IMG/VR virus record: IMGVR_UViG_3300020045_011984
Location: 1-35,375 of that record
Direction: 5' to 3' (one strand)
Length of the DNA: 35,375 bases
DNA from: a virus
Taxonomy: Duplodnaviria; Caudoviricetes
Shown here: positions 16,387 to 23,980 of the stretch, in pieces
How the letters are laid out: every line of letters begins with the position of its first letter
Numbering within the stretch: position 1 is the stretch's first letter
Translations under genes and position numbers: made by a program
Notes under the pieces: generated by a model
What the model was told of the DNA's origin: nothing
The model's database searches: none
What the model saw: the letters and a program-made list of their open reading frames with translations, nothing else

Positions 16387-17952
16387 TTAATGCCTAAATG
16401 ATGTTCTTGCACCGAAGGCGGATTTTGCTTTTGTTTTGTGAGTTACTTTGTTGAGCTTACTGATTGCGGACTGTAAAGCGTCGGGTGCGTCGTCATGTGC
16501 TTGAGAGCCTTTCTCGAATGCTAAGAGCTGGTCGATTAGCGTTACCTGGTCCGGTGTGCGTTGTTTTTCTGAAAAATAGACTAAGTGTTTTTCAAAGAAA
16601 CCTGCCATTGATTCAATACGGTCGTACTTGTCTTTTTTAGCCTTTTTGTCTGCACGAACAGTGATTGTATATCCCCTTTCTTCGCCTTCAGCATCAAAAT
16701 CAGATACAAAATCGTCCTGAGAAAAAGAACCTTCAATCATGTACTTGATGTTGTACAGCCCTAAATTGTGCTTTTCGTATAGGTCGTACAGCCATTTCGC
16801 ACAGTCAGCCCGTGATTTTTGACGGACGTAAGCGTGTAAGATGTGAAAATCTTTGCCTGTTTTTCCTACAAGAATCATTGCCTTGTAATCGGCATTGGCT
16901 TTGTAGGATAAGTCACCGTAAAAGCATAGTGCGTCGTACTTTTTCAGTGGTAAAGGACTTGTGAAAAGTACGTCCTCATGCTTGAAAATTGCACCATCCT
17001 GTACGTGAACGTGCATATATTCACGCATGAAAGAGCGGTAAGGAGTGTCGATAAACTTTTCACGCCAGTACTCTGCACTTGTTTTTTCTTTCCATTCTGG
17101 TTCAAAGTTTACAATGTCCTTAACAGCACATACTTTTAGAATTTCAAACTTTGTACGCTTCTTTTTTGTAGAATTTTTTTTGACTTCGACAAAGTATTCG
17201 TGTAGTCGGTTTGTGATTGAATTTTTGTGGAAGTTGTTGTTGGCGTACACAAATCTTTCTGTACTGTTATCGTCTGAATCGAAACAGCCCCAAATATCCT
17301 CGACGATAAAATCGACTGATTCACGCATAATTCTATCGTTATTGATAGATTTCTTTGTGTCCACATCATCACAAACTATATAGTCAGGGCGGTTTCCTTC
17401 TTCACGCACTCCACGAGGGTCTTGCTCGAAACCGAGTGACATAAAGCGTACTCCGTCGGTAGTTTGGAAGTCACCTTCTGCCCAGTTTCCAGACTGGTAC
17501 TTGTCGCCGTAATCGTTCTTGAGCCTGTTGTTGTATTGTAGTTGTGCCTGTAAGCCTGAAAGGAGTTTCTTTGCTTTTGTGTCGTTTTTCCCGATTAAGA
17601 GCATAAAAAACAAATCCCTTTTGACTAAATACAAATACAAAGGAATACCCATACAGACATGTACGGACTTACCAGCGGAGCGGAAAAGCTCTGCCAGTAG
17701 GCGGATACACTTATTTTTAACCAATAAATCCGCTAACTCTAAGTGAAACCAAGCACACTTTACTTTTGCGTAATTGGGAAAGTAATATTCAAACCATTCT
17801 GAGTAAGACTGCTCTTTTTGGCGTACTCGCAAAAGCTTTTGGTTGGCTGTTTCGTGAATGTCTATGGTTGTGGCTTGCTGAATACGAATACAATGTTTGT
17901 CGTAGTCTTGCAAGAGCTTTGCCCACTTTCTATCTTCTATCTCTACGCTCAT
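16387..17952 (-). CDS. terL: terminase large subunit
   Basis: Walker A FRSAGKS, Walker B RPDYIVCDD, nuclease motifs YGDLS and HDDAPDAL. Confidence 0.93.
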   Translation of the reverse strand: MSVEIEDRKWAKLLQDYDKHCIRIQQATTIDIHETANQKLLRVRQKEQSYSEWFEYYFPNYAKVKCAWFHLELADLLVKNKCIRLLAELFRSAGKSVHVCMGIPLYLYLVKRDLFFMLLIGKNDTKAKKLLSGLQAQLQYNNRLKNDYGDKYQSGNWAEGDFQTTDGVRFMSLGFEQDPRGVREEGNRPDYIVCDDVDTKKSINNDRIMRESVDFIVEDIWGCFDSDDNSTERFVYANNNFHKNSITNRLHEYFVEVKKNSTKKKRTKFEILKVCAVKDIVNFEPEWKEKTSAEYWREKFIDTPYRSFMREYMHVHVQDGAIFKHEDVLFTSPLPLKKYDALCFYGDLSYKANADYKAMILVGKTGKDFHILHAYVRQKSRADCAKWLYDLYEKHNLGLYNIKYMIEGSFSQDDFVSDFDAEGEERGYTITVRADKKAKKDKYDRIESMAGFFEKHLVYFSEKQRTPDQVTLIDQLLAFEKGSQAHDDAPDALQSAISKLNKVTHKTKAKSAFGARTSFRH

Positions 17953-18380
17953 TGCAATTCTAAGTTTATGCGATGTTGTAAGAATCGCTTGTGAAAATCG
18001 GTAAGCTTTGCAGCGAAATGAGGGTCAAGCTCAGAGATGAAATTGTCAACATCTTTGAGGATGCGAGCAATCACAATCGGGTTTGCCTTCTTTTCGCAAC
18101 GGTCAATCGCACTCATCAATTTGGCGATTGCGTCGGCATTTACTACTGATGGTTTTCCCTGAGCTACGAGTATAGCTTCACGCTGTAATAGTTGCTTGAT
18201 TTTGATGGGTGATGAGTGAAAATCTACTCGTTTTTGTTCCCAGTCGTATTTTACGCACCATGACGAGATTGTCTTTTGAGTTACTTTGAAAAGCTCTGCA
18301 ATTTCTGTCTGTGTTGCTTCGGGGTTGTCGATGTAATAGGCTTCTGCTTCGTGCCTAATCTTGTCTTTTTTTTCTCCCAT
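17949..18380 (-). CDS. terS: terminase small subunit (HTH, DUF1804/Mu gp27-like)
   Basis: HTH TQTEIAELFKVTQKTISSW...W; overlaps the terL start. Confidence 0.8.
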   Translation of the reverse strand: MGEKKDKIRHEAEAYYIDNPEATQTEIAELFKVTQKTISSWCVKYDWEQKRVDFHSSPIKIKQLLQREAILVAQGKPSVVNADAIAKLMSAIDRCEKKANPIVIARILKDVDNFISELDPHFAAKLTDFHKRFLQHRINLELQ

Positions 18381-18509
18381 TTTCTTCTTTTTTCTTCAAA
18401 ATTGAGCCGATTTAGAGGTTTTTCTAAAAAAATGGGTAAGGCATAAATCAATAGTTTTTGATGCTAATAAGAGGGATAATCTTTGTTGAGTAATTAACAC
18501 GGAGAGGAA
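18381..18509. promoter_or_regulatory. divergent late promoter region
   Basis: Only gap between the divergent late operons; degenerate -7 boxes CAATTTTG (minus, 18397-18404) and AATCTTTG (plus, 18478-18485). Confidence 0.6.
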
Positions 18510-19475
18510 ATGAAATTTGTATTTAACGATGAAAGCGAAGTAAATTCTTATGGATTCAAAATTCCGAATTCAGGCATTTTGTTAGAGCGATTCAAAGCAA
18601 ATCCTGTAATGCTCGACCAACATTGGAACAGTACGGAAAATGTATTAGGACGTTGGAAGGATGTGACGATAAACGGTACTAAGCTTGAGGGAGTGGCGGA
18701 ATTTGACATGGAGGATGAGGATGCTAAAAAGATTGCTGGAAAGGTAGAGCGTGGATACATTAAAGGTTGCAGTATGGGTGTGACTTTTGATAGAGACAAG
18801 ATGAAACAGCAACCAGACGGCAGTTGGGTTTTGACTTCGTGTGAATTGTATGAAGTAAGTATTGTAGCAGTACCATCGAATAAGGCTTCGTTGAGATTGT
18901 TTTCTCAATCAGGTGAAGAATTGAAAGAGGACGAAGTTAAGCTTGCGATTAGTGAATTGGAAGCAGATTATAAGTTGCACGGAACACAAAATAAAAATAA
19001 GGACATGTTTAAAATCACGTTGTCGGCACAAACGCTGACCAAAATGGGCTTGAGCCACAATCCAGAGAATGAAGCGGAATTGATGGGAGCTATTGAAACG
19101 ATTGTATCGAAATTATCAGCAGCGGAAAGCAATCTTTCAACTGAAAAGTTGGCACATGATGCGACAAAACAAAGGCTAAAAGATGCTACAGAAGTACAGG
19201 CAAAGGCACTTGTTGAAGAGGCTTTACTTTCAGGCAAAATTACGGCTGATGAGAAAGATACCTTTGTTAAGGATGCAACTGAGAATTATGCTTTGACGGC
19301 TAGATTGTTAAGTCGTATTCCTGCGAAACAAAACCTTTCTAGTGGTATTCGTAATACTGGACAGGGTGGAAATGCAAATCCGAAAACCCCTGATGAGTTT
19401 GAGAAGCTTTCGGCTGAGGAGAAGCTTTCATTCAAGACTGAATTTCCAGATGAGTATAATGCTCTTTGGAAGTAA
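18510..19475 (+). CDS. HK97-type prohead protease with C-terminal scaffold domain
   Basis: NPVMLDQH, GYIKGCSMG, LYEVSIVAVPSN; coiled-coil and GKIT...K scaffold motifs in the C-terminal half. Confidence 0.9.
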   Translation: MKFVFNDESEVNSYGFKIPNSGILLERFKANPVMLDQHWNSTENVLGRWKDVTINGTKLEGVAEFDMEDEDAKKIAGKVERGYIKGCSMGVTFDRDKMKQQPDGSWVLTSCELYEVSIVAVPSNKASLRLFSQSGEELKEDEVKLAISELEADYKLHGTQNKNKDMFKITLSAQTLTKMGLSHNPENEAELMGAIETIVSKLSAAESNLSTEKLAHDATKQRLKDATEVQAKALVEEALLSGKITADEKDTFVKDATENYALTARLLSRIPAKQNLSSGIRNTGQGGNANPKTPDEFEKLSAEEKLSFKTEFPDEYNALWK

Positions 19476-19476
19476 T

Positions 19477-19510
19477 TGAGCTGTAAGCTATGAGCTTTGA
19501 GCTTTGAGTA
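19477..19510 (+). repeat. 7-mer (TGAGCTw) tandem array
   Basis: TGAGCTG TAAGCTA TGAGCTT TGAGCTT TGAGTA, one base after the protease stop. Confidence 0.9.
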
Positions 19511-19551
19511 AAATTAATCTTTTCTAAAAATCTTAAATTTTTCTAATAAAA

Positions 19552-20484
19552 ATGGCTGGAATATATGCTGAACAGTGGCAAAACCGTGTAGAGCGTAACT
19601 TGAAAGAGGAAGCGGATGCACCGTGGCTAAATGGTATCCCTGAATTGGATACTTCTATTATTGAATTGGGTGGTAATTCGGCAGGTGAACAGAATATTAT
19701 TCACATCCCAACTACCGATTTTTCACCAGATGTGTTGATTAATAACTCAACATATCCGATTGCGTTACAGGCTTATGATGATGACTCAGTGACGATTCAA
19801 CTTGATAAGTATCAAACGAAAGGTACGACGTTGAGTGATGACCAGATTGATGGTTCGTCGTACAATCAAATTGATACGGCAACGGCTACGCATACGGAGG
19901 CGATTTTATCTAAAAAGTATGCAAAGGCTGCTCATGCGATTGCTCCTGCTGCCAATACTGCGGCTACTCCGATTTTTGTAGTGTTGGGTGATGGTACTGA
20001 GGCAACTGGCGAGCGTTTGAGATGTACTTATAAGAGCTTGGTTGGTTTTAAAGACCGATTAGACAAAGCTGTGCCGAAAGTAGATACTAACCGTCGCTTA
20101 GTTCTTTGTGATGACCACTGGAATGATTTATTGTTGGATAGAAACCTTTTTGGTGACCAGCTGGTAAATTATAGAGAGGGTAGTCCTGCTCCGAGAATTG
20201 CGGGTTTTGAAATTATGCGTTACAAGGAAAACCCTTATTACAACGCAGCGGCTTTGACGAAGTTGGCATTTGGTGCAACGCCTTCGGCGGGACAGTATCA
20301 GGGTTCTTTCTGCTTTGTTCCTCGTAACATTGCGAAGAAAACGGGTAAGACGAAACAGTATTTCAAGATGGCGAATACTGACCCTGAAAACCAATCGAAT
20401 ACGATTAACTATCGTCATTACTTTATTGCTGTCAACAAGCGTGTTCAGCATATTGGAGCGATGGTGTCGAAGAATAAAGCCTAA
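19552..20484 (+). CDS. major capsid protein
   Basis: 310 aa right after protease/scaffold; PDVLINN.TYPI, RRLVLC..H.NDLL, IAGFEI patterns. Confidence 0.85.
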   Translation: MAGIYAEQWQNRVERNLKEEADAPWLNGIPELDTSIIELGGNSAGEQNIIHIPTTDFSPDVLINNSTYPIALQAYDDDSVTIQLDKYQTKGTTLSDDQIDGSSYNQIDTATATHTEAILSKKYAKAAHAIAPAANTAATPIFVVLGDGTEATGERLRCTYKSLVGFKDRLDKAVPKVDTNRRLVLCDDHWNDLLLDRNLFGDQLVNYREGSPAPRIAGFEIMRYKENPYYNAAALTKLAFGATPSAGQYQGSFCFVPRNIAKKTGKTKQYFKMANTDPENQSNTINYRHYFIAVNKRVQHIGAMVSKNKA

Positions 20485-20488
20485 TAAA

Positions 20489-20552
20489 TTTTGAGTTTTG
20501 AATGCTGAGTGAGGAGTGATTTTATTGAAAATTTAGCATTCAAAACTTAAAA
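20489..20552 (+). repeat. 7-mer-based long hairpin after the capsid gene
   Basis: TTTTGAGTTTTGAATGCTGAGT pairs with ATTTAGCATTCAAAACTTAAAA (22 bp, three G-U pairs). Confidence 0.85.
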
Positions 20553-20561
20553 ATAGACAAG

Positions 20562-20975
20562 ATGCGAAAGATTACACATATCGTATTGCACTGCACAGCC
20601 ACACCCCAGACTACGAGTATAGACTCAATCAAGGCTCATTGGAAGCAAATAGGCTGGAAGAATGTTGGTTATCATTTTATTATCAAAGCGTCGGGCGAAA
20701 GAGTTCAACTGCTTGACATTAGTAAGGTTTCTAATGGTGTGGCTGGGCATAATGCAAACAGTATTCACATTAGCTATATAGGCGGTGTGGATGCGAAAGG
20801 AAAGGCGGTGGATAATAGGACTATTCCGCAGAAAATTGCACAAATGGAAATTGTTAAGGAGTTGAAAGAAGCGTTTCCCGATGCGGTGGTTTGTGGGCAT
20901 AGAGATTTTCCGAATGTAAAGAAAGATTGTCCTTCTTTTGATGTTGCAAAGTGGTTGAAGGAAATAGGAATGTAG
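20562..20975 (+). CDS. endolysin, N-acetylmuramoyl-L-alanine amidase (T7 lysozyme-like, Amidase_2)
   Basis: IVLHCTAT, GYHF, AGHN..SI.ISYIGG, GHRD, KDCPSFDV. Confidence 0.95.
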   Translation: MRKITHIVLHCTATPQTTSIDSIKAHWKQIGWKNVGYHFIIKASGERVQLLDISKVSNGVAGHNANSIHISYIGGVDAKGKAVDNRTIPQKIAQMEIVKELKEAFPDAVVCGHRDFPNVKKDCPSFDVAKWLKEIGM

Positions 20976-21064
20976 CTGTGAGCCTTGAGCTGTGAGCTAT
21001 GAGCCTTTTGATTGTTAATATTTAATTTTTCGTTATTGGCTGATAGCTGATAGCTGAATGCTAA
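20972..21064 (+). repeat. 7-mer arrays TGAGCnn (20972-21006) and TAGCTGA (21037-21064)
   Basis: GTAGCTG TGAGCCT TGAGCTG TGAGCTA TGAGCCT ... TGGCTGA TAGCTGA TAGCTGA ATGCTAA. Confidence 0.85.
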
Positions 21065-21069
21065 CCGCT

Positions 21070-21363
21070 ATGATGAAACAACCTTTTTCGCTTGCGGATT
21101 TGCGAAAATATCCTCGTGAAATATTGCTTGCGTCGCTTATAGGTTTGTTGATATATTTCATCGAGCGGGCTGACAAGGCGGGTGAAGAAAATGCTCGTTT
21201 AAATGCCAGAATTGACACGATTAATACCGAGCGGTTACGGCTATACGACAAAGTGATTTTTCAGGATATGTTACTGCAAAAGCAAGCACATACAAAAGAA
21301 TTGACGGATAGCCTTATCCGTAGTGTTACAGAAAATCAAGTTCAAAAAATCTTAGAAAAATGA
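21070..21363 (+). CDS. putative holin or inner-membrane lysis protein
   Basis: Single TM (ILLASLIGLLIYFI) plus coiled coil; follows the endolysin; tandem ATG ATG at 21070/21073. Confidence 0.55.
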   Translation: MMKQPFSLADLRKYPREILLASLIGLLIYFIERADKAGEENARLNARIDTINTERLRLYDKVIFQDMLLQKQAHTKELTDSLIRSVTENQVQKILEK

Positions 21364-22043
21364 AAATCAAACCAAACGTTATTATTATTGGCTTTGTGGG
21401 TATTGCAAGTTTAGTTTTTAATTTTCACCAATACCTTCAAAAGGTTGATGATGAAAAAAGAATTGCCTCGCTACAAAGTCAGGCTAACAAGCAATCACTG
21501 GTACTTACAAAGTACATTGCCAAGGACGGCACAAACCACGTGATTTATAAGGATGTCTTTGTGAAGAGCGATGCTGAGAAAGAATTGGCGGTATCGAAAG
21601 GGTATCTTGATACGCTACGAAAAGCCCTTAATATTTCGGTTTCGCAAATTACGGAACTCACACGTGTAAAGGCAACCGTTAGAGATATTGTTAAAGCTCA
21701 GCGAGTCGATAGTCTTAACCAGACTACATACAATTATAAGAATAGGTGGTTGGAAATGTCTTTGAATACTAGGGATTCGATGTTGAATTATAATTATAAT
21801 GTAGAGTTCACGAAGACTAAGTACACTAAGGGGAATTGGTTGGTTGGGCGGAAAGAGTATGTTGATTTATCGCTTAGTGACCCGCACGCACAAATAGAGG
21901 GTGTGCAAACATTTACCATACCGCCAGAAAAACCTAAGCGACTGGGGTTGGGCTTACAAATAGGATATAGGTACGATGTGCTACAGAATGCTGTAAGCCC
22001 AAGTATAGGACTAGGTTTGTCCTACAATTTTATCCGATTTTAG
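21360..22043 (+). CDS. putative spanin-like lysis protein
   Basis: N-terminal TM, periplasmic coil/beta region, C-terminal amphipathic beta hairpin ending GLGLSYNFIRF. Confidence 0.6.
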   Translation: MKIKPNVIIIGFVGIASLVFNFHQYLQKVDDEKRIASLQSQANKQSLVLTKYIAKDGTNHVIYKDVFVKSDAEKELAVSKGYLDTLRKALNISVSQITELTRVKATVRDIVKAQRVDSLNQTTYNYKNRWLEMSLNTRDSMLNYNYNVEFTKTKYTKGNWLVGRKEYVDLSLSDPHAQIEGVQTFTIPPEKPKRLGLGLQIGYRYDVLQNAVSPSIGLGLSYNFIRF

Positions 22044-22108
22044 CCCCAAATTTCAACGATTTTAATAACGTTTTAATAGCGTTTTAACTCCATTTAACAT
22101 TTCAAAAA

Positions 22109-22495
22109 ATGACACAAGAGAGAAAAGAAACATTGGGCATTTTGTTTGCTCAATACCCTGATGTTGAAGGTTTTTATCTTACTTCAGATAATCAAGCTTT
22201 TAGCGATAAGAATAAAAATGATGCTGTGAATCATTCCAAAACGCTTGAAGATAAAAAGGTGGATTGGTGCGAGAAGAAACCCAGTAAGCAAAATTCGGAC
22301 AGCTCTGAAAAAACTACTGAAGTAGTAAAAGCAGGCAAAAAAGGTAAAAAAGCTGACAAAACTACTGGAGAAGCTACAGAAGGCGAAGGAATTGGCGAAG
22401 GTTCGGAAGGTACAGAAGGTGAAGGAGCTGGCGAAGGTACAGAAGGCGAAGGAGCTGGACAAGGTGAAGGCGAAGGTACTGAGGAAACTGAGTAA
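22109..22495 (+). CDS. hypothetical virion-region protein with Gly/Glu-rich tail
   Basis: F..YP....FY.TSD.QAF...A.NH..TL head; EGTEGEGAG repeats (27-bp units at 22370, 22406, 22433). Confidence 0.75.
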   Translation: MTQERKETLGILFAQYPDVEGFYLTSDNQAFSDKNKNDAVNHSKTLEDKKVDWCEKKPSKQNSDSSEKTTEVVKAGKKGKKADKTTGEATEGEGIGEGSEGTEGEGAGEGTEGEGAGQGEGEGTEETE

Positions 22496-22557
22496 GATTT
22501 AGCTTTTAAAAAAATATTTTGCCTGAATAGGGCTTCAAAATTTTAACAAAAAATATA

Positions 22558-23064
22558 ATGCCATCACATACTATTGATTGTAAAAAGGTAGAAATCGGGG
22601 ATTTCTCCCTGACGGATGGAGCGGTATCAAACTGGACAGAAGTTAAAACGCTTAAAAACTCTGTTAATATTCAGCTTGCTACTCCGACAAAAACAAAATT
22701 TTTCGCTGTAGGAAAGCGTAATCCGTTTATTACGGCATTGCAGGACGGTGCATTTACCGTGGTTTTAAATGCGGTTGATTTGTCTGCTGACAATTTCTTG
22801 AAGTTTTTGGGTGGAACTGTTGCTACTGCTGATGGTGTGAAGACTTGGAGCATGGCTAAAACGAATGCAAAAGAGAAAATTGCTGCTTTGCGAGTAACTA
22901 CCTTAGATAATTTCGTGCTTGTGATTACTAAAGGAAGTTGGATTACGGGGTTTAACTCGCAATTGAGTGATACTCAAGTTCCTTTTATTCCAATTGAGGT
23001 TGAGGTGAATGATACAGGATTTCCGCTGATTCCTGATGTTACTTGGACTGAGCCAGCGGCGTAA
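22558..23064 (+). CDS. major tail tube protein
   Basis: 168 aa beta-rich, upstream of chaperones and tape measure; no sheath gene present. Confidence 0.75.
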   Translation: MPSHTIDCKKVEIGDFSLTDGAVSNWTEVKTLKNSVNIQLATPTKTKFFAVGKRNPFITALQDGAFTVVLNAVDLSADNFLKFLGGTVATADGVKTWSMAKTNAKEKIAALRVTTLDNFVLVITKGSWITGFNSQLSDTQVPFIPIEVEVNDTGFPLIPDVTWTEPAA

Positions 23065-23068
23065 ATTT

Positions 23069-23092
23069 AATTGTGAGTTAGTGAATTAGTGA
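23069..23092 (+). repeat. 8-mer tandem array, copy 7 (late region)
   Basis: AATTGTGA GTTAGTGA ATTAGTGA, identical to the first 24 bp of copy 1. Confidence 0.95.
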
Positions 23093-23116
23093 TTTTTATT
23101 TTGAGGCTGTAAGACT

Positions 23117-23560
23117 ATGAATGTAGATGTAAAAGCCGCCAAAACACTTTTAAGAGAAGGGGTGGCATTAGACATAACGCCTCCCCTTTTGTGTTTTTGG
23201 TGGAAACCAAAAGTTTATCAACCTTGCTGTATGCAACTTGTTTTGATGGGGAAGTATCTTGGTGAGGTTGGGGTTTCAAATGAGCAACTCGGCAATTATA
23301 CGATTGCTGAAGCAACTGGGTTGATGAGCCGACATTTAGAGACCTTTTGCAAGATTTTGGCAATTTGTCTTTTCAAAAATTATACAATCAGTAAGCTTTT
23401 GCATAAGGTTTTGGCTAAATGGTTGATGACAAAGTCGCCTGAAAAGATTTTGCAGGTTGTTGAAATCTTATTGCTGTTTGGCGGTACTGCGGATTTTATC
23501 ACTATTACCAGATTTTTGAATTCGATGAATCTTCTGGGTCAAATGAAGAAGGGGAGTTAA
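23117..23560 (+). CDS. tail assembly chaperone (G-like)
   Basis: Between tail tube and tape measure; ends KKGS*. Confidence 0.7.
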   Translation: MNVDVKAAKTLLREGVALDITPPLLCFWWKPKVYQPCCMQLVLMGKYLGEVGVSNEQLGNYTIAEATGLMSRHLETFCKILAICLFKNYTISKLLHKVLAKWLMTKSPEKILQVVEILLLFGGTADFITITRFLNSMNLLGQMKKGS

Positions 23561-23571
23561 CATCTGTAGGG

Positions 23572-23763
23572 ATGGATAGCCTCTTTGGTATGTTGGTTCA
23601 TATCATGGAAAAAACGGGCTTGACTTGGAATCAGGTAATGTATGAACTGAGTTGGGTAACGGTAAAAATGATGTTGGCGGACTCGCCTAAAAGCGTAAAA
23701 AAATCAGAATTGAACAGAAAAATGTCGGGTAAACAATTGTTTGGCATTTTGGGAAAAAAATGA
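23572..23763 (+). CDS. tail assembly chaperone C-terminal part (T-like, -1 frame)
   Basis: TGLTWNQVMYELSW...MML.D.P helical motif; frame is open upstream across the G stop. Confidence 0.7.
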   Translation: MDSLFGMLVHIMEKTGLTWNQVMYELSWVTVKMMLADSPKSVKKSELNRKMSGKQLFGILGKK

Positions 23764-23978
23764 AAAAAAAACTTATCGGAAGATTGTTGGCTATTTGGAA
23801 AATACTAACAACTAAGAATTTTATTCTAATTCATTCAGTGAAAGAATATACCGTAGATTCTGAGTCTGGAAGAAAATTTAAGATTATTAGAAGAACAGAT
23901 TACACCGATGAAAGTGATGCACTTACGCTTAAGGCATCTTTTATTACACTTCATGAAAAGATTAAACCAGAGTGGTAA
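23760..23978 (+). CDS. hypothetical protein inserted between chaperone and tape measure
   Basis: 72 aa; ATGA overlap upstream; stop 2 nt before the TMP ATG. Confidence 0.6.
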   Translation: MKKKLIGRLLAIWKILTTKNFILIHSVKEYTVDSESGRKFKIIRRTDYTDESDALTLKASFITLHEKIKPEW

Positions 23979-23980
23979 TT

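Noticed and set aside
15950-16389. GC(A/T)GGAATATG(A)TTA direct repeat flanking the DUF1320 gene
   Set aside because: Only ~13 bp, around a core structural gene; insufficient evidence of function.
22370-22490. Gly/Glu repeats as a collagen-like fibre
   Set aside because: Pattern is EG-rich low complexity, not a sustained Gly-X-Y; most simply slippage expansion of a disordered tail.
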